A stretch of DNA of 64,000 nt, taken from the NCBI GenBank assembly GCA_014729135.1, contig WJKK01000001.1, positions 325,462 to 389,461 of the forward strand. The letters run 5' to 3'. The DNA is from a candidate division WWE3 bacterium (lineage in GTDB: Bacteria > Patescibacteriota > WWE3 > UBA101185 > UBA10185). The position numbers were made by a program, and so were the translations under genes. Each line of letters starts with the position of its first letter. Position 1 is the stretch's first letter. Below, one piece after another: positions 56,010 to 64,000 of the stretch. A model generated the notes under the pieces. The model made no database searches. It saw nothing but the letters and a program-made list of their open reading frames with translations, and was not told the DNA's origin.

Positions 56010-59000
56010 ATGAAACATTTAAGTAATTTAAGGGATTTTGATGCCCTAAAAATATATTTAGCTTCCAGTGAGGAGATCTTGTCCTGGTCCTATGGAGAAG
56101 TAACCAAGCCGGAAACTATAAACTATCGTACTTTTAAAGCTGTACGTGGGGGTCTTTTTGACGAAAAGATTTTTGGGCCTACAACAAATTTTGAATGTTA
56201 CTGCGGTAAGTATAAAGGAATTCGCTATAAGGGCGTTATTTGTGATAAGTGTGGTGTAGAAGTGGCACATTCCCGTATTCGACGAGAGCGCATGGGTCAC
56301 ATTAGTTTAGCGGCTCCTGTTGTGCATGTTTGGTTTTTTAGAGGAATTCCCTCTAAGCTAGCTTATTTGCTGGACGTGTCCCCTAGAAAGATTTCTTCCG
56401 TAATTTACTTTTCCTCGTTTATTGCTATTTCCGTAGATTCTGAGATGCGAGCTAAGGCCATCTCCATGGTAGAAACTGATATGCAAGCGGCTGAAAAAAA
56501 TCATGAAGAAAGCCTTGAAAGAAAGATTAAAGAGACCGAAAAAGAGTTTAAAGAAAAGGCCAAAACATTTAAAGGGGATGAGCTAAAAGAAGAGGAACAC
56601 GCTCTAAAGTTGAAACAGCGCCTTCAGGCTCTTAGAAATAAAAGCCTTCAGGATTGGGAAGAGCAAGAGCAGATTTTTAAATTGATTCGTAAAAAGATTG
56701 AAGGTATAGAAAAGTTTTCCATTGTAAGCGATAACGAATATATGCAAATGCGTCGTTATGTGGATACTTTTGCAGATATGCAAATAGGTGCTGAGGCCAT
56801 TCAGACAATTTTGCAAAACATGGATTTGGATTCGGTAGCCCTGGAGCTTGAGGATAAACTTGAGAAGAGTCGAAGTAAGACCAAGTCCAAAAAGATGGCA
56901 CGCAGGTTAAATGTTGTTCAGCAGTTTAGAAACTCCGAGATAGATCCTGCTAACATGGTTTTTGAAGTTTTGCCTGTAATTCCTGCTGATTTACGACCTT
57001 TGGTTCAGCTAGAGGGAGGTCGTTTTGCTTCTTCTGACTTGAACGACCTTTATAGAGCTATTATTAATCGAAATAACCGTTTAAAGAAGTTAATGGAAAT
57101 TGGTGCCCCTGAGGTAATCTTGCGAAATGAAAAGCGAATGCTTCAGGAATCCGTCGATGCCTTTATTGATTCTTCTAAACAGCGAAATCAGCGCCGTTCC
57201 CGAAGAGGGCGTAAAGAGCTTAGATCCTTGGCCGATATGGTTAAAGGTAAGCAAGGTACTTTCCGTTTGAACCTTTTGGGTAAGCGTGTAGATTACTCCG
57301 GTCGAGGGGTAATTGTTAATGGCCCTAAGCTAAAGCTTAATGAATGCGGTATTCCTAAGGAGATGGCTCTAGAGTTGTTTAAGCCTTTTGTTTTGCGAGG
57401 AATTATGGATAAGGAGTTGGCTCCTAACATTAAGAGTGCTCGTCGAGTTTTAAGTGAGCGTGGTGCCGAAGTTTGGGAGACCTTAGAGGAAGTAGTTGAA
57501 GGTCATCCGGTGCTCTTAAATCGTGCTCCTACTTTGTGGAGACTTGGTATTCAGGCTTTTTATCCAAAGCTTATTGAGGGAGATGCTATTCAGCTGCACC
57601 TTTGTGTGTGTTCCGGTTACAATGCTGACTTTGACGGTGACCAGATGGCTGTTCACCTTCCTTTGTCGGAAGCTGCTCAGGAAGAAGCACGCACAACCAT
57701 GCTTTCCACGGAGAATTTGCTAAATCCCTCTAACGGATCACCTATTTCAGTGCCCAACAAGATCATGCTTTTTGGAATTTATTACATGACTTCTATTGAT
57801 CCTACAATGGAGTTGGTAGAGGAACCTTTTGCAAATGTGGAAGAAGCTCTTTATAATTATGAAGTTTCTAAATTAGTGGAGCTTCGTCAGCCTATTAAGG
57901 TTAAGATGAGCGGCAATATAGTGGAGACGACGGTTGGGAGAATCCGTTTTAATGAAATTGTTCCCGAGGAGTTTGGTTTCATTAATGAAGACATGCCAAA
58001 AAAGAAGGTGCATGACTTATTAAGTGACACCTTTGAGCGCTTTGACCATTCTGTTGCAGTTAAGTTAATTGACGATGTAAAAGATCTAGGTCTTAAATAT
58101 GGTACTTACTCCGGTCACTCCGTTTCGTTAAGTGATATTGATATTCCTGAGGAGCGCGATGAATTAATAGAGAAGGGTCGTGACGCTGTTGCCAAGATAG
58201 ACAAAAACTTTAAGCGCGGTTTAATTACTAAGAAAGAGGCTCAGCGATTAACAGAAGACACTTGGATTGAGATTACAGCAGAAATTGATGAAGCTGTTTG
58301 GTCTAACCTGTCGGAAGAAAATCCGGTTAAGGTTTTGGTTAAGTCCGGTTCCACGCGAGCTTCTCGTGACCAGGTTAAGCAGATTGCAGGTATGCGTGGT
58401 CTTATGACGGATCCTACCGGAAAGATTGTACCGATGCCTATTTTAGGTAACTACAAGAATGGATTATCTGGTTTAGAATACTTTGTAGGTGCTCGTGGTG
58501 CGCGAAAAGGTCTTGTTGACAAGGGTCTTAAGACAGCTGATGCTGGTTATTTGACACGCCGTTTGGTGGATGTTTCTCAGGATGTGATTGTTCGTGAGGA
58601 AGATTGCGGTACTGAAGAGGGGCGCGTAATCGAGGTTGGAGATTCCACCGTTTTGCAGACTTTTATAGAGCGTTTTGAAGGTCGTTACTTGGCGCAAGAT
58701 GTTAAGGATGGTCGCAAGAAGTTAGCAAGTGCTGGTGATTTGTTGACTGCTGAGATTTTGAAGGAAATCGAGGATGCCGGTGTTGAAGAAATAGTGATTC
58801 GTTCTCCTATGGCTTGCAAGACTCGTCGAGGGATTTGTGCCAAGTGTTATGGTATCGATCTAATGTCTCGTGAACTGGTTAAGATAGGCACAACTGTAGG
58901 AGTTCAAGCAGCTCAATCCATTGGAGAACCCGGAACTCAGTTGACAATGCGAACATTCCACACAGGAGGTATTGCCGGTAAAGATATTACGCAAGGTCTT

Positions 59001-59696
59001 CCCCGTGTAGAAGAGATTGTGGAAACCCGCTCACCTAAAACGCTTTCCATAATGAGCGAGGTTACGGGAACAGTTAAGATTTTAGAAACCGGTGAAGATC
59101 GCAAGATTATTGTAATTCCTACAGACGGTAAAAAAGAGGATGCAGTGGAATACATGGTGGATCCTGTTTCTGAGATCAGTGTAGAGGACGGTCAGCTGGT
59201 TGCTAAGGGCGACAAGTTAACTGTAGGTCACTTGGATCTTGAGAAGCTAATGGATACCGTTGGGGTTCGTTATACGCAAAACTACATAGTAGATCAAATT
59301 CAAAAGGTCTACGCTTCCCAGGGAGTTTCTTTAAATGACAAGCATATTGAAGTTGTTGTAAGCAAGATGTTTAATAACGTGGAAATTAAGGATGGGGGCG
59401 ATACTGATTTGATGCCTGGTGAGACGGTTACAACGGACACTTTTGCGGAGAAGAACGAGGCTATAATTGCCGAGGGCGGTGAGCCTGCAGAAGGTAATCG
59501 AGTTTTGCTTGGTATTACAAAAGCAGCTCTAAATACCGACAGCTTCCTGTCTGCAGCTTCCTTCATTTACACCAGTAGGGTATTGACTGATGCCGCTTGC
59601 TCTGGTAAGGTCGATAAGCTTTTGGGCTTGAAGGAGAACGTTATTATTGGTAATCTGATTCCGACAGGTGAGAGAGCAAAGTTAGAAGACGAATAA
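56010..59696 (+). CDS. rpoC: DNA-directed RNA polymerase beta' subunit
   Basis: Zinc finger CYCGKYKGIRYKGVICDKCGV and the NADFDGDQMAVH catalytic motif. RBS GAGGAGG lies inside the rpoB 3' end. Confidence 0.97.
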   Translation: MKHLSNLRDFDALKIYLASSEEILSWSYGEVTKPETINYRTFKAVRGGLFDEKIFGPTTNFECYCGKYKGIRYKGVICDKCGVEVAHSRIRRERMGHISLAAPVVHVWFFRGIPSKLAYLLDVSPRKISSVIYFSSFIAISVDSEMRAKAISMVETDMQAAEKNHEESLERKIKETEKEFKEKAKTFKGDELKEEEHALKLKQRLQALRNKSLQDWEEQEQIFKLIRKKIEGIEKFSIVSDNEYMQMRRYVDTFADMQIGAEAIQTILQNMDLDSVALELEDKLEKSRSKTKSKKMARRLNVVQQFRNSEIDPANMVFEVLPVIPADLRPLVQLEGGRFASSDLNDLYRAIINRNNRLKKLMEIGAPEVILRNEKRMLQESVDAFIDSSKQRNQRRSRRGRKELRSLADMVKGKQGTFRLNLLGKRVDYSGRGVIVNGPKLKLNECGIPKEMALELFKPFVLRGIMDKELAPNIKSARRVLSERGAEVWETLEEVVEGHPVLLNRAPTLWRLGIQAFYPKLIEGDAIQLHLCVCSGYNADFDGDQMAVHLPLSEAAQEEARTTMLSTENLLNPSNGSPISVPNKIMLFGIYYMTSIDPTMELVEEPFANVEEALYNYEVSKLVELRQPIKVKMSGNIVETTVGRIRFNEIVPEEFGFINEDMPKKKVHDLLSDTFERFDHSVAVKLIDDVKDLGLKYGTYSGHSVSLSDIDIPEERDELIEKGRDAVAKIDKNFKRGLITKKEAQRLTEDTWIEITAEIDEAVWSNLSEENPVKVLVKSGSTRASRDQVKQIAGMRGLMTDPTGKIVPMPILGNYKNGLSGLEYFVGARGARKGLVDKGLKTADAGYLTRRLVDVSQDVIVREEDCGTEEGRVIEVGDSTVLQTFIERFEGRYLAQDVKDGRKKLASAGDLLTAEILKEIEDAGVEEIVIRSPMACKTRRGICAKCYGIDLMSRELVKIGTTVGVQAAQSIGEPGTQLTMRTFHTGGIAGKDITQGLPRVEEIVETRSPKTLSIMSEVTGTVKILETGEDRKIIVIPTDGKKEDAVEYMVDPVSEISVEDGQLVAKGDKLTVGHLDLEKLMDTVGVRYTQNYIVDQIQKVYASQGVSLNDKHIEVVVSKMFNNVEIKDGGDTDLMPGETVTTDTFAEKNEAIIAEGGEPAEGNRVLLGITKAALNTDSFLSAASFIYTSRVLTDAACSGKVDKLLGLKENVIIGNLIPTGERAKLEDE

Positions 59697-59699
59697 ACT

Positions 59700-60116
59700 A
59701 TGCCTACAGTAAATCAATTAGTCCGAAAAGGACGAAAAAGTAAAAAGAAAAAGGTTAAGACACCGGCTTTAAAGAGTGTCTATAACTCGCTTGATCGAGT
59801 TAAGAAGCCTGTAGCTGCTCCTTTAAAGAAGGGTGTATGTTTGCAGGTTAAAACCATGACTCCAAAGAAGCCTAACTCCGCTTTAAGAAAGGTTGCTCGT
59901 GTACGCCTCTCCAATGGGGACGAGGTAACAGCCTACATTCCCGGAGAAGGCCACAATTTGCAAGAACACTCTGTAGTTTTAGTACGAGGAGGCCGTGTAA
60001 AAGACCTTCCGGGAATTAAGTACACTCTAGTTAGAGGTGTTTATGACCTTACGGGAGTCTCCGACAGAAAGTCTTCCCGTTCATTATATGGTGCCAAAAG
60101 ACCCAGAGGAGAATAA
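59700..60116 (+). CDS. rpsL: 30S ribosomal protein S12
   Basis: [11 protein letters not shown]...[10 protein letters not shown] is a canonical S12 sequence. Confidence 0.97.
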   Translation: MPTVNQLVRKGRKSKKKKVKTPALKSVYNSLDRVKKPVAAPLKKGVCLQVKTMTPKKPNSALRKVARVRLSNGDEVTAYIPGEGHNLQEHSVVLVRGGRVKDLPGIKYTLVRGVYDLTGVSDRKSSRSLYGAKRPRGE

Positions 60117-60129
60117 GGAAAAATAGTAT

Positions 60130-60594
60130 ATGCGTGGAAAACAAGCAACAAGAAGAGAACCTAAACCGGATCCCATTTATCATTCGCCTACAATTACTCG
60201 TTTAATAAATAAAGTTATGCTTGATGGTAAAAAGACTATGGCACGAAACATGGTTTATGATGCCATTTCCAAATTAGGAAAAGATGAAAAAGAGGCTTTG
60301 GAAAATTTTAAAAAAGCAATTGATAATGTAATGCCTGTTAAAGAGATTCGCTCTCGTCGTGTGGGGGGTGCAACTTATCAGGTTCCCCTGCCTGTGCAGC
60401 ATTGGAGATCAGAAGCTTTAGCAATTCGCTGGATAGTTGAGTCTGCTCGTTCAAAAAGTGGAAAACCTTTTACAGACTTCCTTTACGAGGAGTTAAAAGC
60501 AGCTAGCACAGGAGAAGGTGCAGCAGTTCGAAAGAGAGATGAAGTACATAGAATGGCCGAGGCAAACAGAGCATTTGCACACTTCGCCAGATAA
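60130..60594 (+). CDS. rpsG: 30S ribosomal protein S7
   Basis: Canonical S7 sequence; 154 aa. Confidence 0.95.
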   Translation: MRGKQATRREPKPDPIYHSPTITRLINKVMLDGKKTMARNMVYDAISKLGKDEKEALENFKKAIDNVMPVKEIRSRRVGGATYQVPLPVQHWRSEALAIRWIVESARSKSGKPFTDFLYEELKAASTGEGAAVRKRDEVHRMAEANRAFAHFAR

Positions 60595-60609
60595 GGTAGA
60601 ATACTTCCC

Positions 60610-62694
60610 ATGGCAAAAACAGAAAATAAAAAGTACCCTTTAGAAAAAATAAGAAACATTGGAATTATTGCCCATATTGATGCCGGTAAAACTACTACTA
60701 CCGAGCGTGTTTTGTTTTATACAGGTAAATCCCACAAGATTGGTGAGGTTCATGAAGGTGAGGCTCAAATGGACTGGATGGACCAAGAACGTGAGCGTGG
60801 TATTACTATTCAGTCAGCTGCTACAACTTGTTTTTGGAATAATCACCGTATAAACATTATTGACACTCCCGGACATGTTGACTTTACGGCAGAAGTTGAG
60901 CGTTCTTTGCGCGTTTTGGATGGTGGAGTTGTTCTTTTTGACGGTTCTGCAGGTGTTGAGCCTCAAAGTGAAACGGTTTGGCGTCAGGCGGAAAAGTACA
61001 ACGTGCCCCTCCTTTGTTTTGTAAATAAATTGGACAAAATAGGAGGAGACTTTTTAATGTCGCTAGATTCTATTCGGGACCGCTTGTCTACGGAAGCTTA
61101 CCCTGTTCAGCTGCCTATTGGAAAAGAGGGTGACTTTAAAGCGGTTATAGATTTGATTGAGCGTAAGGCTTACACGTTTACAGGTAAGTTGGGGTCAGAA
61201 ATAAATGAGATTCCTATTCCGGAGGACATGAAAGCTCAAGTAGAGGAGCATCGTGCTAATTTGGTTGAAAAGCTGGCGGAATCCAGTGATGAAATGATTG
61301 AGAAGTTTTTAAATGGTGAGGAGATTCCTAATGAGGAATTGGTTAAGGCTTTGCGAGAGATGACTATTAAGACTCAGATTTATCCCGTTTTTGCCGGAGC
61401 AGCTTTGGCTAATGTAGGTGTTCAAAAGTTGCTTGATGGTGTTGTTGCTTATTTGCCTTCTCCAAAGGATGTAGGGGAAATAGTTGCCCATCGTCAGTTT
61501 TCGGAAGATGAAGTTACTTTGAGTTCCGAAGAAGATGGTCCTTTTGTGGCACTTGCCTTTAAGCTGCAAACTGATCCTTACGTAGGTCGTTTAACATATT
61601 TTAGAGTTTACTCCGGATCTGCAGACGCGGGTTCTTACGTTTTAAACTCTACGCAAGATAAAAAAGAGCGTTTGGGTCGTATCATTTTAATGCATGCAAA
61701 TAAGCGCGAGGAAATTGAGCAGATTCATGCAGGTGAAATTGGAGCCGCTGTTGGTTTAGAAGTGCAGACGGGGGACACGCTTTGTGATCCTGATGAGCCT
61801 ATTGTTCTGGATTCCATTACCTTTGCAGAGCCTGTTATTGGTTTAGTTGTTGAGCCTAAGACTAAGGCAGACCGCGACAAGTTAGGTAAAGCCCTAAAGA
61901 AGTTTTTGGACGAGGATCCTACTTTGAAAATTAAATCCGATGCTGAAACTTCTCAGACGATTCTTTACGGAATGGGTGAGTTGCACCTGGAGATTATTGT
62001 TGATCGTTTAAAGCGGGAATTTGGTGTTGAGGTTGTAACCGGTAAGCCCCAAGTTGCTTATCGCGAGACTATTAAGCGAAAGGTGGAGCAGGAAAACAAG
62101 TATGTTCGTCAGTCGGGTGGCCGAGGTCAGTATGGTCATGTTGTTATTGAGATGGAGCCTAGGGAACCCGGCGAAGGTTATGAGTTTGAAGATCAAATTA
62201 AAGGTGGGGCAATTCCTAAGGAGTTTATTCCTGGTGTTGAAAAGGGAATTAAAGAGGCTATGGAAAGTGGAGTAGTTGCCGGTTATCCGGTGGTTGATGT
62301 TAAAGTTAATTTAGTAGATGGGTCCTTCCATGAAGTTGACTCGTCTGAAATGGCCTTTAAGATAGCTGCTTCCGAAGCTTTTAAGAAAGCCCAAAGGAAA
62401 GCTAATCCGCATCTTTTAGAGCCTATTATGGATGTGGAAGTTATTACACCTGATGAGTTTATGGGTGACGTTATAGGAAACCTTTCAGGTAAGCGCGGGA
62501 AGATTGAAGGTACCGAAAAGAGAGGCCAGGCCACGGTTGTGAAGGCGGAGGTTCCGTTGGCAGAGATGTTTGGGTATGCTACAGTATTACGAGGTATGAC
62601 GCAGGGACGAGCAAGCTTCACCATGGAGCCCAGTCACTACGCTGAAGTACCTTCAAATGTTGCTGATGAAATATCGGCAGGAGAAGCCAAGTAG
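60610..62694 (+). CDS. fusA: Elongation factor G
   Basis: [23 protein letters not shown] and NKLD motifs; 694 aa. Confidence 0.97.
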   Translation: MAKTENKKYPLEKIRNIGIIAHIDAGKTTTTERVLFYTGKSHKIGEVHEGEAQMDWMDQERERGITIQSAATTCFWNNHRINIIDTPGHVDFTAEVERSLRVLDGGVVLFDGSAGVEPQSETVWRQAEKYNVPLLCFVNKLDKIGGDFLMSLDSIRDRLSTEAYPVQLPIGKEGDFKAVIDLIERKAYTFTGKLGSEINEIPIPEDMKAQVEEHRANLVEKLAESSDEMIEKFLNGEEIPNEELVKALREMTIKTQIYPVFAGAALANVGVQKLLDGVVAYLPSPKDVGEIVAHRQFSEDEVTLSSEEDGPFVALAFKLQTDPYVGRLTYFRVYSGSADAGSYVLNSTQDKKERLGRIILMHANKREEIEQIHAGEIGAAVGLEVQTGDTLCDPDEPIVLDSITFAEPVIGLVVEPKTKADRDKLGKALKKFLDEDPTLKIKSDAETSQTILYGMGELHLEIIVDRLKREFGVEVVTGKPQVAYRETIKRKVEQENKYVRQSGGRGQYGHVVIEMEPREPGEGYEFEDQIKGGAIPKEFIPGVEKGIKEAMESGVVAGYPVVDVKVNLVDGSFHEVDSSEMAFKIAASEAFKKAQRKANPHLLEPIMDVEVITPDEFMGDVIGNLSGKRGKIEGTEKRGQATVVKAEVPLAEMFGYATVLRGMTQGRASFTMEPSHYAEVPSNVADEISAGEAK

Positions 62695-62769
62695 TATTAA
62701 ATTTTGCCAATTTTGTGGTAATATCATAACCACTAGAGCATAATTAGAAAGTTATTTAGAAAGGTATTT

Positions 62770-63960
62770 ATGCCAGAAGAATTTAAAAGAGACAAACCAC
62801 ATGTTAATGTTGGTACCATTGGTCACGTAGACCACGGTAAGACCACTTTAACTGCAGCTATGACTCACGTTTTAGCTGACAAGCAACCCTCTGATATCAA
62901 TAAGCCATTGACTTATGATGACATTGAAACCTCCGAAGAGGAGAGACAAAGAGGAATTACAGTAAATATTTCCCACGTTGAGTACGAGACCGCAAATCGC
63001 CACTACGCTCACATCGACGCTCCAGGACATGCTGACTACATTAAGAACATGATCACAGGAGCCGCTCAAATGGACGGCGCTATTTTGGTAGTAGCCGCTT
63101 CCGATGGGCCAATGCCTCAGACACGAGAGCACATTTTGCTTGCTAAGCAGGTAAACGTTCCCGCTATGGTCGTATTTTTGAACAAATGCGACATGGTAGA
63201 TGATGAGGAGATTTTGGACCTAGTTGAGATGGAGGTTCGCGAACTTCTAACCAAGTACGGCTTTGATGGTGATAGCATTCCCGTAATTCGTGGATCTGCT
63301 ACAGGGGCTTTAGACGGTGACGAAAAGTATGTTGCTGCAATAGAGGAGCTTTTGGCTGCTATTGACGAGAACATTCCTACACCTGAAAGAGATCTTGATA
63401 AGCCATTCTTGATGCCTGTTGAGGACGTCTTCTCCATTTCCGGACGAGGAACTGTTGCCACAGGAAGAATTGAGCGCGGTAAGGTTGACCTAAACGAGGA
63501 AATTGAGATCGTCGGCATTAAAGACACTCAAACTTCTGTTGTAACCGGAATTGAGATGTTTAAGAAGCAGATGAAGGAAGGTCAAGCAGGAGATAACGTA
63601 GGAATTTTGTTGCGAGGTATGAGCCGAGATGACGTTGAAAGAGGTCAGGTATTGGCTGCTAAAGGATCCGTTACACCTCACACAGAATTTGAAGCTAAGG
63701 TTTACATTTTATCCAAGGAGGAGGGTGGACGTCAGAAGCCTTTCTTTACAGGATATAAGCCTCAGTTCTATGTTCGAACCACTGACGTTACAGGTGAAAT
63801 TACACTTGATGAAGGTGTGGAAATGGTCATGCCCGGTGATAACGTGAATCTGAAAGTTAAGTTGATTACTCCGGTAGCTATTGAAGAAGGTCTTCGATTT
63901 GCTATTCGTGAAGGTGGTCACACTGTAGGAGCCGGAGCTGTTACCAAGATAATTAAGTAA
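62770..63960 (+). CDS. tuf: Elongation factor Tu
   Basis: [21 protein letters not shown] and NKCD motifs; 396 aa. Confidence 0.97.
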   Translation: MPEEFKRDKPHVNVGTIGHVDHGKTTLTAAMTHVLADKQPSDINKPLTYDDIETSEEERQRGITVNISHVEYETANRHYAHIDAPGHADYIKNMITGAAQMDGAILVVAASDGPMPQTREHILLAKQVNVPAMVVFLNKCDMVDDEEILDLVEMEVRELLTKYGFDGDSIPVIRGSATGALDGDEKYVAAIEELLAAIDENIPTPERDLDKPFLMPVEDVFSISGRGTVATGRIERGKVDLNEEIEIVGIKDTQTSVVTGIEMFKKQMKEGQAGDNVGILLRGMSRDDVERGQVLAAKGSVTPHTEFEAKVYILSKEEGGRQKPFFTGYKPQFYVRTTDVTGEITLDEGVEMVMPGDNVNLKVKLITPVAIEEGLRFAIREGGHTVGAGAVTKIIK

Positions 63961-63974
63961 CACAAATATATGCG

Positions 63975-63994
63975 GGACCCACTACGGTGGGTCC
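63975..63994 (+). terminator. Terminator-like hairpin after tuf
   Basis: ggacccac-tacg-gtgggtcc, an 8-bp GC-rich stem. The U-tract cannot be assessed because the window ends. Confidence 0.4.
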
Positions 63995-64000
63995 TTGCAT

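Noticed and set aside
1-64000. CRISPR arrays, IS elements, integrases, prophage genes
   Set aside because: No direct-repeat or spacer periodicity, no transposase or recombinase motifs, and no phage structural gene signatures were seen in any frame. The only repeat structure is the three-palindrome array at 42798-42934.

Overview
The window is about 64 kb of low-GC bacterial chromosome in standard genetic code (TAA, TAG and TGA all terminate conserved genes). It is densely packed with genes and has a streamlined content: an IF-2 lacking the N-terminal domains, acidic C-terminal tails on NusA and RpoB, and many small hypothetical membrane proteins. This resembles reduced-genome Patescibacteria/CPR-like lineages, which is an inference, not a database match. 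The first 23 kb is one unbroken + strand array: Fic (5' partial), nusA, infB, a degenerate DHH protein, rpsO, pnp, a Lon AAA+-only protein, family-4 UDG, RNase J, ftsK, a RodZ-like protein, then an unusual seven-gene block, then ruvX. That block (13.8-22.6 kb) holds a small membrane protein, a YtxH-like protein, an acidic 140-aa protein, a membrane-anchored TrwB/VirD4-like ATPase of the FtsK-HerA superfamily, an 822-aa hyperacidic GC-elevated protein, a degenerate FtsA/PilM-like actin-fold protein and a bitopic membrane protein. The middle of the window holds a divergent GHKL-ATPase plus STAS-like pair, miaB-miaA, and an RNase P RNA gene on the minus strand that the ORF track mis-calls as three small ORFs. 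It also holds a tRNA-Pro(GGG) gene beside a zinc-finger/homing-endonuclease-like nuclease gene split by an in-frame TAG, and trmB and truB. An array of three AGGATnATCCT palindromes is phased every 63 bp. mutL and tatD follow, then a cell-envelope glycan locus (processive GT2, MraY/WecA-like GT4, GT-C with TPR). The window ends with lepB and a contiguous rpoB-rpoC-rpsL-rpsG-fusA-tuf block. No CRISPR array, transposase, integrase or rRNA gene was seen.
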